This document shows, piece after piece, positions 24,432-36,939 of a stretch of DNA of 64,000 bases (position 1 is the stretch's first letter; each line of letters begins with the position of its first letter). Below the pieces are notes generated by a model. That model was not told the DNA's origin and made no database searches. It saw nothing but the letters and a program-made list of their open reading frames with translations. Made by a program: the position numbers and the translations under genes. Source of the DNA: Dimorphilus gyrociliatus (lineage: Eukaryota > Animalia > Annelida); assembly GCA_904063045.1 (NCBI GenBank), contig CAJFCJ010000071.1:55065-119064 (forward strand), written 5' to 3'.

Positions 24432-27400
24432 ATGACAAGTCTATTACTGGTCAAATACTTCTTTTTCTTCATTGCATCATCCTCATTTAAAATCTCAGGT
24501 TAGTTTATGTTAATTCCAATTAGTTATGTTATTGAAATTTTTGTTTGAATCTTAAAAAGAAAAAAGCTGTTTTTGAATTTTTGTCTTTAGATCATGAAAA
24601 ACTTATTTTAGAATTGACATAGATTTTTTCTATTAAACCAAACCTTATCTTATTTGCAATTTGTTAGACTAGACTAATATTCTGATATAAGATTATACGC
24701 TAAATTATTTAGACACTAATTAATCAATTTAGCTATGGAATACAACTGTTAAAAGAATCTTTGGTCTTGTTTTTAGCAATAGAAACTCATTGTTCAGTTG
24801 ATAATGACTGCTCAAACTTTCAATATTGTTTATCAGGAAAATGTCTTTGCCAGCCAAAATATGATCAGAAAATTTGCAATGATAGTAAGATTACTAAAAA
24901 AAAAGGATTGAAATTTTTATAAATTAAAATTTTTATCTTTTTAATAGGTCATAATCTAATTCTAGACAAAAATAAATTTGTCCATGGTATACATACTTTT
25001 AATAAACAAGGAGATTCTATTGGTGATTGCTATGAGTTTTGTTTAAATAACAATATCCATGATTGTATTGGATTTATATTTAAAGAGCTCAATGATGGAA
25101 GTTATAATTGTCAGTTTTATAAAGAAATATCATCTTTGGTATTCAATAATGTATTTTCTTTAATTCTTTTGAAAAGTAAGAAAAGATGAACAATTATTAA
25201 ATTATTGTCATTAAAAAAAATTTCTTTTGTTTTTGGACAAATTTAGATAAAAAACTCGCAGTTTGCGGAACAAATGAAAATGAAATACCACTGCTTGAAG
25301 CATGTTATAACAAACTGTGGGAAGCAAATGGTTGTTTTGGTGAACAATTTAAATTTAAACCTAACTATCAATCAATGACTGTTCTAGAATTTGATGATTA
25401 TTCAAAAAAAGTTTTTAACAAGTCTATAAATAGATTTGCAGAGGATGAAAATTCAAATTTCTATAGACTAATCTGTTTTGAACATATGGATAGTAATGAA
25501 ATGAATATAGCATTCAATAGTGAAATGGTTGATTATGTTGGAAACTTTCAAAATCCACTATATCACCCAAAACATATTGTAGATGGTTCACATTATAGTA
25601 ATATAACACTTGGTTCTTGTACAGTATTAATGAAGTTAAATACTGATGAACCCAAAATTACAATACATTTCAAAGGGAAACATATCATTAAAAAAGTAAT
25701 TCTATGGCCAACCAATCAGCAGAGTAAGAAAAATTCTCTTTTTTTACTCACAATTTCACATAGCAAAAACTTATAAAACTTTTTTTTTTCAGCTACTCAA
25801 CAATTACAAATTTATATGCATACTTCCCATAATACATGCTCCGATAATGATATATTTTTAGATAACAATTCACCAACAACAGTGTTATGTAATAATTTAA
25901 AGCAAACTAGAAGTTCTAATTTAACAGTTCAACCAACACAACAAAATGATATTCTTCAATTATGTGAAATTGAAATAATTTCTAGTAAATGTTTATATGA
26001 TTTTATTAAAAAAGTTTATGTTTTTAGCTTTTTCTTCTTCTTTTATTTATAGATAACATAGCCTATTTGAAAGGAGTTATTAACAAATATGCACATCGCA
26101 AATTGTCTACATTAACTGATGGTCTTACAAATATAAACAGAGAATTGAAAATTGGAGGGCAATTTTGGGTTGCAATTAACCTATTTGCTTACTACAATGT
26201 TTTAGCTATTGACTTAATATTATCAAATAATTTTCATCTTTCTTATCAATTTGTTATTGAAGTTACAAATGAAAATCCATATTTAAGTTATAATTCTTCT
26301 AAATATAGTTTATGCGGAGAATATCCACATAATGCAGTGGGTTACTCTTCCTATCCTGAAAAATTTATTTCATTTTTATGCCCTAGTAGAGGGGTTAAAG
26401 GTCAATTTGTTGTATTTAGAAGAAAAACAACTAATTCTCTTTTATTTCGAATACGTGAAGTAGAAGTTTTTGGCAATTATATCAAACAATCCAATAATGA
26501 AAATACAAATATATTGTTACATAAACCAGTTTGGACATCTTCTTCATTTGGTTCAATATACACTCCTCAAAGTTTAACTGATGGTCTATACAATATTTTT
26601 TATCATTCTAAAGTATCTTCCAAACAATGGGCAAGAGTTGATACGTTTACAAAGTATACTATTTTCAGAATGGCAATTTTAAATAGAGATGAAAATTGTA
26701 TTTATCAAAGTCTATTTTTTCTTTTTATTTATCATCCTTTTTCTCTTATGAATTACAGTGCACGATAGAGCGAGGTATATTAATGGTTTAGTGTCGAATT
26801 ATCAAGATTTTAATATTGAGGAATATCATTCTTATTCCGAAAAATGTTTTACAAATAATGAAGATTTTTTAAGTGGAGAATATAGACTCTGGGAATGTGA
26901 AACGCCATTTCCGGTCGGCCGTTTTGCAATCATTTTTCTAAATTCCGCGAGTGCTATCAATATTCTTGAATTAGAAGCGTATGGTCAAGAAATTGTTGAT
27001 AATGATATGGTTCTCTTACCAGTTACAAATATTGATAGGAGTAATGATGCTAAAAGTATTCAAAATGGAGATGAAAGTGATCAATATCCAATAAAAATTA
27101 TAGATAGTTTGGCCTTTAATGCCTTAAATGATGGATTCTTGTCATGTTCTGGTAATTTGGCATCAAGTAGTTTTGAGGAAGGACGAATAACTCTCTATAT
27201 GGATAATCAATATTTAATAAATCAAATTGGTGTTCTCATTCCATTTGAAGCACCAAAAGGTTACTAAAAATTACTATTTCTTTATCATTAATTGTGTATT
27301 TATTATTTTAAAAACTATTTATAGAAAATTTCAAAAATATTCAAGTTACAGTTGAATTATTCTTCTTCGATAAAAACTTACAAAAGTCAATTTGTTCAAA

Positions 27401-28285
27401 TTTGACAAATAATTTTAAAATAAAGCAATTGTTATATAAATGCGAATACATTGGCGATAGAGTATCTCTCTATAAATTTGGTGGTAATGGTTTAATGCAA
27501 CTTTGCGAAATTTACATTTTTGGTAGGAAACAATTTGTCGACAATGATAAGTCGATTCGTTCTTTTGCCAATGTTATATATTCATTAGATACTTGGACAA
27601 TCTATTCCAATTCAATTTGTGATAGTTTCTATCCTACTCAATATTATTTCATTGAATTACCAGTTTATTGTAAAATAACTGCAATTGGTTTTCTTTTAAG
27701 AGAGAATGTAGACTTTCAATCAAATTTAAATATTTTTGCTTTATCTTATGGGATAGAAATATTATGTACAACTTTAGATATGCATCATCTTCGTGTTGAT
27801 AAACCTACAAATTTTACATTTCATTGTAAACAAGAAATGATTACAAAATATTTAAGAATTTCATCAGAAATCAAAATGAATATTACATGTGATTATTACG
27901 TAATAAGTAAAGAAGTTATTGGAATTATTCCAGGTTTGAGAGAGAGAGATATTAATTTTTTTTTACTTAGTCAAATTAATCTAATGTTGTTTTTGTTTTT
28001 TTTTTTATCATAGTAAAATATCAATTAAAATACGAAAAAAAAATGATTAAACAACCCTACATCTACTCAACAATTCGTCAAATACAAAATGTTATAGAAT
28101 GTTACAAAATTTGCAAGATGGATAGAGAAGTTTGTCAGAGTTTAGTTTATTTTGAAACATTAAGACAATGCAATCTGAGTTCTTTTCCAATTTTTGCAAA
28201 TTCAAATCAATATTTATTAGAATCAAGTGATAATTATTATTCCATATTATACAAAATTGATAAGAATTTACTGCAATTATGCTAA
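24432..28285 (+). CDS. Multi-exon secreted protein: Cys-rich EB-like, PAN/apple and several fucolectin/F5/8-like (FTP) domains; exon boundaries approximate
   Basis: Signal MTSLLLVKYFFFFIASSSFKISG then GT intron; CSVDNDCSNFQYCLSGKCLCQPKY; DCYEFCLNN..CIGF; FTP-type motifs (HKPVWTSS, YHSKVSSKQWARVD, LQLCEIEI, LELEAYG); terminal PAN (IECYKICKMDREVCQSLVY..QCNL). Confidence 0.7.
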
Positions 28286-28539
28286 AATGCTTAAAAGAGT
28301 TTCCTAGATTATTAAAATTTGGGAACTGTTGATAAAAGACAAATGATAAGATTCTTCATATTTTATCTTATATATCTACTTTTATTATGAATGTTGTACT
28401 TTATTCGACTTTAAATAGACCTAAAATTTCAATTTCCCACTTGGTGGATCGATGAGACTACTTTACTTTACTACTACATCAGGCGAAATTTCTGACATCA
28501 AGAAATGTTGTTTTCTTTGCTGGAAATGCATATATTGGT

Positions 28540-28990
28540 GTTGGATTGCAAACATACCCAAGGCAGGTGCAAAGATACCTGAGTACATTCGCACCCTTTT
28601 TTCTTTAGTAAATTTATTGATTTTTTTTAAAATGGTTTGATTACAAAGGTGTACATATGTTATATTTAAGCTGGAGAGTAGATAAGAGATGTCTGCATTA
28701 ATGAATCAATGAATGTCAATTTGTTTAATTTGAAATCATCTCACAAATCAAAAATTTTTGTTTGTATGTCAATACACATTTTCTTTTGATGTTTGTAAAC
28801 CCTTTTCTCTGACAATATTTTCTCATAAACTACAATCAATTCAGCCTCATTCTTTAGCTTATCAACAAGCATGTAAAAAGATCCTTTAGCAGGTAGCTTA
28901 CTGTTCATTCTTTGATGCCATCCCTCACAATCATTATTGGTTCTAATAGATAAACCAAAAACTGACCAACTATTTGGTTTCCACAATTTA
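28540..28990 (-). mobile_element. MULE remnant (family C), transposase C-terminus plus degenerate TIR units
   Basis: ORF 28741-28986 WSVFGLSIRTNNDCEGWHQRMN; TTGCAAACATACCC / GGTGCAAAGATACC units; closely similar to 44512-44900. Confidence 0.8.
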
Positions 28991-29465
28991 TTTTTGTTTC
29001 AACATTTAGCATTAGGTTCGTTCATGGAATTCAATCAAGGTATTATTTCTTATATTTTATATGTTTCAGAGATTATATAATACTCATTCAAACAATGTTT
29101 CTTATTTAATTACCATATTTCAACATTCAACAAAAGACATCTTAAATTTCTTGAAAGTTTTGGCCCAGGCATCAGGAATTGATTTCCATTAACATTATAT
29201 AGATAAGCTATAATCTTTTGGATTAATATTAAAAAGTGCTGTCATATAGGTAGAATATACTGAACTTTGATTATTCAGAAAGTCCAACAATTGTAATAGG
29301 ACAAAGTATTTTCTACAAAAGCTTTATTGTTTTTTATGGAAGTGTTAAATGGGTTTATAAATCCTCACTGTTTCATTCCCACTATCTTAATAGAATCATA
29401 TTCTATACAAATTTAATTCATAGTAAAACAATGTTTTCCACACTTCCAAACAAAGTTTTTATTGA

Positions 29466-29672
29466 GGATTCGACAAAAAACATCCATAAATCAGTGAAGT
29501 TACACTGACCTTAACCCAGCCCTTGTCTGTACCTAAGCTTTTGCATTAGCCCTAATCGTTAGAGGAGACCCTAATATGTACAAATCAGTTGCTGTTTTCT
29601 TCTGCCTAACCATTTCTCAATCCAAATTTTTGTCTTGAAATTTCTCATTTGTGGACGTTTTCTGTCAACGCC
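29466..29672. mobile_element. TTAGGG-type MITE, diverged (207 bp)
   Basis: GGATTCGACAAAAAACATCCATAAAT ... ATTTGTGGACGTTTTCTGTCAACGCC; internal sequence close to 54521-54727; no TSD recognised. Confidence 0.8.
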
Positions 29673-30600
29673 ATCTCTATTGGATCTTTTGTTATTGCAA
29701 TTGTGCATATTTCTTTTAATATTTAATGCTGAATTTAAATTGATTTTCTATTATGATGAATTATTCTTTTCCATTCATTTGAAGTTTGTTAATGACCATT
29801 TCCATTGATTTCCATTCCACAAGCATTATTAGTAAAAGAACAAGCCAATCTACCTTCTATAATTGTATGGTTGTTTCTTTAGTAATTACATAAGACAAAT
29901 TTTTATTGTTTAATTCTCTGGCATGGACATATTCTATCAACTCAATGAAGTATATCCTAAAATTTATTCCTTTAGTGAACTAGGGAAATTTCTCAAATAT
30001 TATCATTAAATGTCAAAAAAATAGAGATTCTTTTAAACTGTGTTTTTTCTTCAGCATAACTGGTATTAAAGACCTATTGTTAAATTATAAATCTTACTTC
30101 ATTTTTTTGACAAGTAATTTTTGCTTTAATCAATAGGCTAAATTATTGATTGTATAGTAGGACTAAACTTCATTATTCCCCACAATTATTCATTGAATGT
30201 TTGTCACGTAGCAGCAAGCATATTTTTCTTTAATGAAATATTCAGGGAGCATAGACTAAAAAATAGTTGTTGAATGGGGACATTTTGTCCAGACCAGTAA
30301 AAAACTACTCTTATTAATTGTTTTAGTTTATCAACTAATCATCTCTGCTAATTTCACAATTAATTGAATAGATAGAAATTCTAGATGGTGAAGCTGTGAT
30401 CAATCCAAAAAACAATGTCTTCCAAATAATATTAAATGTTAATCCATTGTGAAACTATTTGTTTTCTGTCTCTTTTTTCAGAAAACAAACAATTTGCACA
30501 TAACAGAAAAATGTCCAAAACCATAAATGTCAGTTATGAATTTTAATACAACATTGTTAGACTATTTTTCCATTGATGTATTCCATTATTTTTTTATCAG

Positions 30601-31530
30601 CTAATAAAGTACTTCACATAATTTTGAAGTTTGTGAATCTGAATATGCTCTAACATATACTCCTTCACAATATCTGCTATCACAATCACAGCTATATTTA
30701 CACATTCCATCACTGGAATATAATAAATTACAAAATTTGAATCTTCCATCAAATTCAATATCAAATTGTGACAGAGGAGGAATGTACATCATCAATTCAT
30801 TCAATTAGCCATTTGAACAAGACAGGTTTTGTCCAACTATTGATACTGCTATTGAAACTAATGGTTTATTCACTCCTGGAAAAGGATATCTAACAATGAA
30901 TGGACTAGGTTTTAAATCAATACAAGTTGAATTATTTAAATCATTAATTAGATTAAGTGTGCTTGAATGAAAGCTTGTTACTGTAGAAAGTTGTGATATG
31001 AATTGAGAACTTTATTGATTTTATTTTTATCTTGTTCAAGAGAATATCTTGTGTTTATTAAGTAAACATTCAGAATCTTCAATATTTTTATCTCCAAGGC
31101 CAATTCTTTGACTGTTTTCAATTTGACAACCAGTTGTTAAATGAAGAAGACAAACTATACTTTTTGAATAAAGAGAAAAGAGGAAAATTGTAAGAATATA
31201 TGACAATTTCATATCTATACAATCTTTGATGTTGACAATAAGTATATTTCTCAGTTGTTTGGATAACATGTAATGTTGGTCCAACTCCAGCTCCTGGCTT
31301 CAACCAGCAACAACATATACAATTTGACTAGTTGATAATGTCCAATTACTGGTGTCCATATCTGTTACTTTTTCCAAAACACTTAAGCATTGTAATTTTG
31401 TAGGAAATTTTCAACTATATCTTAAAGTTGCTTGGTGGAATGTTTTATCTTCTGCTTCGAATACTGGAATTGCAATTTCCTCAACATTTGGATTTAACAA
31501 TTGAACAACTGAAAAATACCACCCTTCTAT
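30601..31530 (-). pseudogene. Remnant of a secreted-protein gene with the conserved Cys-rich C-terminal domain
   Basis: NDLNNSTCIDL...GQNLSCSNG*LNELMMYIPP...CNLL..GMCKYSCDCDSRYCEGVYVRAY..KLCEVLY aligns by eye to the C-terminus of 50648-51730. Confidence 0.7.
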
Positions 31531-32414
31531 GTACATAGTGTTGTTAAAAGGAAAAAGGTTCATTCACCATTCAATTGTCCTTAGATTTTCACAGGGCCAG
31601 GACATTTTAGCCTATTTACTAACATACATTTATTGAAATTTGGATTAGGTTTAGCAATTCCACTATGCTAAAGTATTCGGCTTGTTTCCTGTTGGTGTTT
31701 CAGGATGTCACAAAGTTTAATAGACATAATCCTTGTCTTTTATGAAAGCTAATTGAATTATAAGTGATTTGTAAGTAGTATATGTATTTGAATAGGGGTG
31801 AAACCGTACCCAATACAGGGTTAAACCATACCCAGATACTGATATAATGTATATAGCCAAATGTTTAAAGATACATTTATCTAAACAAAATTCAAAGAAT
31901 TAAAACTGAAATGAAAAGAAAAAGAGAATATGAAATGTAGTTAAAATCTATGGAGCATATACTGTATATCAAATGTTTGTAGTCATAATTCATCTGCTAA
32001 TATTTTTCCTAGTTTGTATTCATCCCAAATGTCAAATTTATTTCTTTTTTCTCTGATATTTATATATTTGTTTTTCAGACATCACCTTTTCATAGATAAT
32101 CATCAAATCTCACACTTCTTTCATTTCATCCACTATTATGTAGAATGAGCCTTTTGAATGCACTTGACTATTCATTCTGTTGTGCCAACAATCCAGACTA
32201 TTATTTGTTCTAATTGATAGACCAAACACTGACCAATTTTCAGGTTTCCACATAGAATTACATATTCATGTATTTTCAAAATACAAAAGTAAGTCACCAA
32301 ATTTCAATTGCTCCAAAAGTTCAGACTTCAGTCTACCAAATGTTGAAATGATGACATCAGATGGCAGAATACACAAACATAATATATATAGTATATATAA
32401 CATTATGACATATA

Positions 32415-34202
32415 CAATCCCAACAAAAAATCTATGGCAGGGTTGTTCTTGAAATGAAAAACGTGAAATATTTAAGTAACAGGACTTGCTTAATTATATT
32501 TTTTTGTTGAGAATGAAGGATAAGACATTTATAGCCAAATTTAAAGATAAAATTCATTTAAACATTTTTTTTATTTTCTAGTAATTTTTATTCAAAAAAT
32601 TTTGCAAAAATGGAGGAGGTAAAATTTCTGGCAGGATGCCTGTTCCTGGCAAAAATTTAGATGTTAATCAGATAGAAACCCACTTTTTTTAATTTTTTAT
32701 GACATTCCTGAGTACTGTCAAACCATTCTTTGGAACAAACTGTTAAAAAAATTGAAAATGGGCAAAATAAGCCTCGAAATGCAAGAAAAAATTGTTGAAC
32801 TGGACAAAAGAGGGTTAAGCCAGGTAAAGATCTCCAAAGAGCTAAATATTGCTCGCAGTACTATTCAGTACAACCTAAAAAAGAATGCAAAACATTCTTC
32901 TATGGAGGACAGACCCAGGAACCGGTCAAAAACGGCCATAAATGAAATATTTGAAAGTTAGATTTCAGCCTGGGAAATGGTTAGGAGGAATAAGATAACT
33001 GTTGATATGTTCTTAGGAGGGTCCCATCTAAGGGTTAGGGGTATTCAAAAAGGTTAGGCAAAAACAAGGGCTGGGTTAGGGTTAGGGTAAAACCATAGAT
33101 TTATGGCCGTTTTCTACCACATCCACAGACCCAGGTCTGGCCGCCCTAAAAAGATTTCAGAAGCAGACAAGAGAAATCTTATTGTGATTCAAAAAAAAAT
33201 CCCTTTTATACAGCCAGACAAGCTTATAGCCAATGGGCCATGGCAGATAAGGTGAGTTTATCATCTGCTAAGAAGATTCTATTTGATTATGGATTAAAAA
33301 GCTACATGGCAAAAGTAAAACCTTTGACAAAATTGGGGCATCGAAAAAAGAGAATTTTTGGTAAAAAAAACCCTAAAAAAAAGGAGGATGTGCTTGAGAT
33401 GAAACAACTTTTGATCTTTATCCTAAACAAAGAGTCAGAGTCAGATGTAAGCGGGAGGATAAGGACAAAGCAAGAAATACAAGGAGCAGTTTCAAAACGC
33501 AAGACTGTAAGCTGATGATCTGAGGAGCCATCAAATATGATGGTTCCAGAGCTTTAGCATATTGCTCTGATTCAATGAACTCAGAGAAATATATCTCAAC
33601 TTTGAAAGAGCATCTACTGCCTATCTATAAAAGGGAGAACATCTTCCAACAAGATGGGGCACGATGCCACACTTCAAAAGTGTGTAAATCTTTTTTGAGA
33701 AAAAACAAAATAAAATATTTAAAAGATTGGCCAGCACAAAGTCCAGACTTGAACATTATCGAGAACCTCTGGGCAGTGCTCAAACAGAGAGTTTACAAGA
33801 GAATTCCAAAAAATCTGGAGGATTTGAAGGCTATCATAGAGGAGGAATAATTTTTGATTTCTGAAGACTATTTAAAAAATTTATATAGCTCCATAAAAAA
33901 AAGATGCCGTCTTGTCATCCAAAAGAAAGGATATGCCATCAATTATTAAGTCAAAAATTGGAATTTTTTACATTATTTGAAATACCTGCCAGAAATTTGA
34001 CCTCCTCCATTTTTGCAAAATTTTTTGAATAAAAATTACTGGAAAGTAAAAAAAATGTTTAAATGAATTTTATCTTTAAATTTGGTTCTATAAATGTCTT
34101 ATCCTTCATTCTAAACAAAAAAATATAATTAAGCAAGTCCTGTTACTTAAATATTTCACATTTTTCATTTCAAGAACAATCCTGCCATAGATTTTTTGGC
34201 AG
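32415..34202 (+). mobile_element. Tc1-like transposon with ~230-bp TIRs and TA target duplication; transposase broken
   Basis: Long inverted repeats 32415-32640 / 33985-34202; HTH (IARSTI, DRPRSGRPK after MITE removal); DETTF; QQDGARCH...WPAQSPDLNIIENLW. Confidence 0.93.
32918..33124. mobile_element. 207-bp TTAGGG MITE inserted in the Tc1 transposase
   Basis: 9-bp TSD ACAGACCCA; near-identical to the reverse complement of 7616-7822. Confidence 0.95.
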
Positions 34203-34378
34203 TATATTAAATTAACAATGGGTACGGTTTCACCTGCTCCCTATGTATTTGGCCTATAATAGTTTCAAGCATTTTCAAGCATAAGTGAAAGCTATAGAGT
34301 GTAAAAGAATAACATGAAGAAATCTCTTGTAAAATGTGATTGTTACAGTGCAATATATATAAAATCTGGATTTGATAT

Positions 34379-36230
34379 CTACAAATACACTTCACATATT
34401 TCCACCAATGGACTTGAATGTGATGGCAAGATATTAATTACCATCTTTCCTACCAGTTCTTCATTTTGAGTGCAATCATACTTATATGTCCATAAACTTT
34501 CTTGTCCATTTAAAGGGGTAACATTTGAAAGTGGGCAAACTTTTGAATTTTTACTACCAGTTTTCGTGAGTAAAAAGTAAATATTTATCAGTTGCTTAGC
34601 TTCAACAGTATGCTTTAAAACCACTTCAGCAAATTGTTTTATCCTTCCAAAGTTATTATGTTTAGTTATTCCCACAGTGTATGGAATTGTATCAATAGCT
34701 GTACAAGTCAAAATATTAAAGTCATTTAAATTGTTTAACGTTGGTTTCTTGCAATCAGCCAAATAGAGAGCATTTATATCCAAATTAAATAGGCCAAATT
34801 TGTAATTATTGACTCTAAATTTAGAGAATTTGGACCCTTCTTTGTTATTTACTCCCAATGTAGTAACTTTATCTACAAAAGAATGATTAATTTTGTAAAT
34901 AATCTCAGAAACATTCAATTTTAGTCGGCCAAATTGTATATAATTTTTGGAGAAAACAACAGAAAAATCTGTCCAACTGTCCAAAGATAAAAGATGATTA
35001 GAGTTGTTTTGAGTTGTTATTTCATTTACTATACGATCTTCTATAATAAAAGTAGTCTTTCTAGTATTATCAATATCATTTCCAATATCCATTGTTATCT
35101 TGAGTTTTGAATTTCCGGTTTTATTTAAAAAGTTAATAATGAAAGCATGAGATTTACTGTCACTATTCTTAACAATTTGCACACCAAAATTCAATTCTAT
35201 GATACTTGAAGTGTAGGATGGAGGAAAGTGATAAATAAGTTCATCATTTGTTTCAATGTCAAAATCTTTTTGAGGAATAGCTAAAAACAGTAAATAGATT
35301 CATTGTTTTTTTAAATATATCACCATGGTAATTACTTTCTATGTAGACCTGAATGTAAGCATATCCCATATGATGTCCATTGGTGTCATGAAATTTTGTG
35401 GACCACAATTTCAAACCTGTTTCCACGAAATTACTGGAGTATTCAAAACATCTTCGAAGTCTAGATGTGGGAAATTGAAAGGTTTGTTGGAAACTTGAAC
35501 TCCACTCAACTTTCATTTCAGTAACTAATGTAACACCTCCCACCTCTCTAACAAGAAGAAAGGAAATTAAAATAGTTTTAAATGAGATATTAATAAAAAT
35601 TTACCTGCCAGCTAAGCAAATAATCTTGGGTTTAACACCACTGGGAAAGGTTAGCTCATAAACATCGGCATAGCAGTCACTCTTCTGGCAAGGGGCTGAC
35701 CAATCAGCATCATGACTTAAACTGGAATCATAGTCGAGAGCTTTTTTGCAATCATCGATATTATAATTTGGTATATTGCAATGGGAGTTTTCTGCAATGT
35801 TTGAATAATGTATTTCATTTTTTAGAAGAGGGTCATCAAAAAAGAAGGAAAGAATTTTGTATATTTTCTCAATAATTTAGCAAATCAATGTATTCGTATA
35901 ATACCACTGTAAGCGTAAGCCATAACACTGCCAAGACCTCTCTTTGCTGATCCATAGCCTTTGATTGTTGTAACTTTTATCCACTCATTTCCTTTACCAA
36001 CTTCTCTGGGCAGGAGAAAACACTTTTGATATATTTTATCATTGAGCTGATGAGTAGAATTACGACCATTACTATAATCTATTCGAACTTTTTTGGTTAA
36101 AAGTGGGGCTCTTGCTAATCTTTGTTCAATACAAATTTGAACAATATCATATTGTTGCTTAAATATAATCTTGATATATTCTGGTGAGCAGCTATTTTCA
36201 CTATTACAAGCTGAAGCCCAGTCTTTTTTT
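34379..36230 (-). CDS. Multi-exon protein: F5/8-like domains, FAMeT (Methyltransf_FA-like) domain and Cys C-terminal domain; 5' end lost or unclear, possibly a pseudogene
   Basis: DWASACNSENSCSPEYIKIIF..YDIVQICIEQR; DCKKALDYD..DWSAPC; ITMDIGNDIDNTRK...LLSLDSWTDFSVVFSKNYIQFG (FAMeT-like); ends VEICEVYL. Confidence 0.6.
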
Positions 36231-36939
36231 TTTGCTAAATTTTTTAGAAAATTATGAATTTGAAAAATTTCTTAAATAATTTTCTAGGTAATTAAAATTA
36301 ACAAACATGTTTGAAGAGTAAAATGAATACTAAATAAGGAGAAAAAGTTTGTAAGGCGAAAAAGCCAGTAATTCGCACTCAATTCTGTCATTTTGTCAAC
36401 CAATATAACAAGAATTAAACTAAATTTTAACATATATAGAAATAACGCTATATTTCTTCAGTAAATCCATTATTAACAGGTGTTTGAATATGCATGTGAT
36501 CATAGTTTTCCCTTTGTTCTCTGTCTCATTGAATCATTTATATTTTCAGTTACATTTTTAATTCATGTGCACTTCAGTTCGACATAGATGTTCTTTTAGA
36601 AAACCGTCGACTTAACTGTTAAAAATTGATAAAATTCAAGCTGATACAAAAGTTTTTTTAAGAATCTTTCTAACAACTCAATACAATATTTAGATTTGTT
36701 CTCCCTAAACTTTAAATTAATTTTTCACCTGTAGTAACAACTATTTCCAAAAAGTCTTCCCTTTATGTAGCACACTTCTTCAGTTCAGGGACATTATGAC
36801 ATGATTTAGCAAGAACCATTTTGAGACTCTTTGGCTAAAACACAAAATGTTTTTAATTATTAGAAACGAAACTCATATTTCTATGAAAAATAAAATACAA
36901 AAAAAATTAACAAAAAAAGACAACAAATTTTTCTGAGAA

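Larger units (their letters stand above)
31791..34241 (-). mobile_element. Internally deleted MULE (family E) hosting a Tc1 insertion
   Basis: GGGGTGAAACCGTACCC (~31795) and inverted GGGTACGGTTTCACC (~34220); TATGTATTTG direct repeat at 31781-31790 and 34242-34251; minus-strand WKPENWSVFGLSIRTNNSLDCWHNRMN at ~32130-32260. Confidence 0.7.

Noticed and set aside
29780-29900. Possible MAM-domain start (CSFTNNACG..EWKR, minus strand)
   Set aside because: Single stop-interrupted fragment
33068-33090. TTAGGG runs as true telomeres or chromosome fusion sites
   Set aside because: Only 2-3 units, always inside a TIR-bounded MITE of about 207 bp
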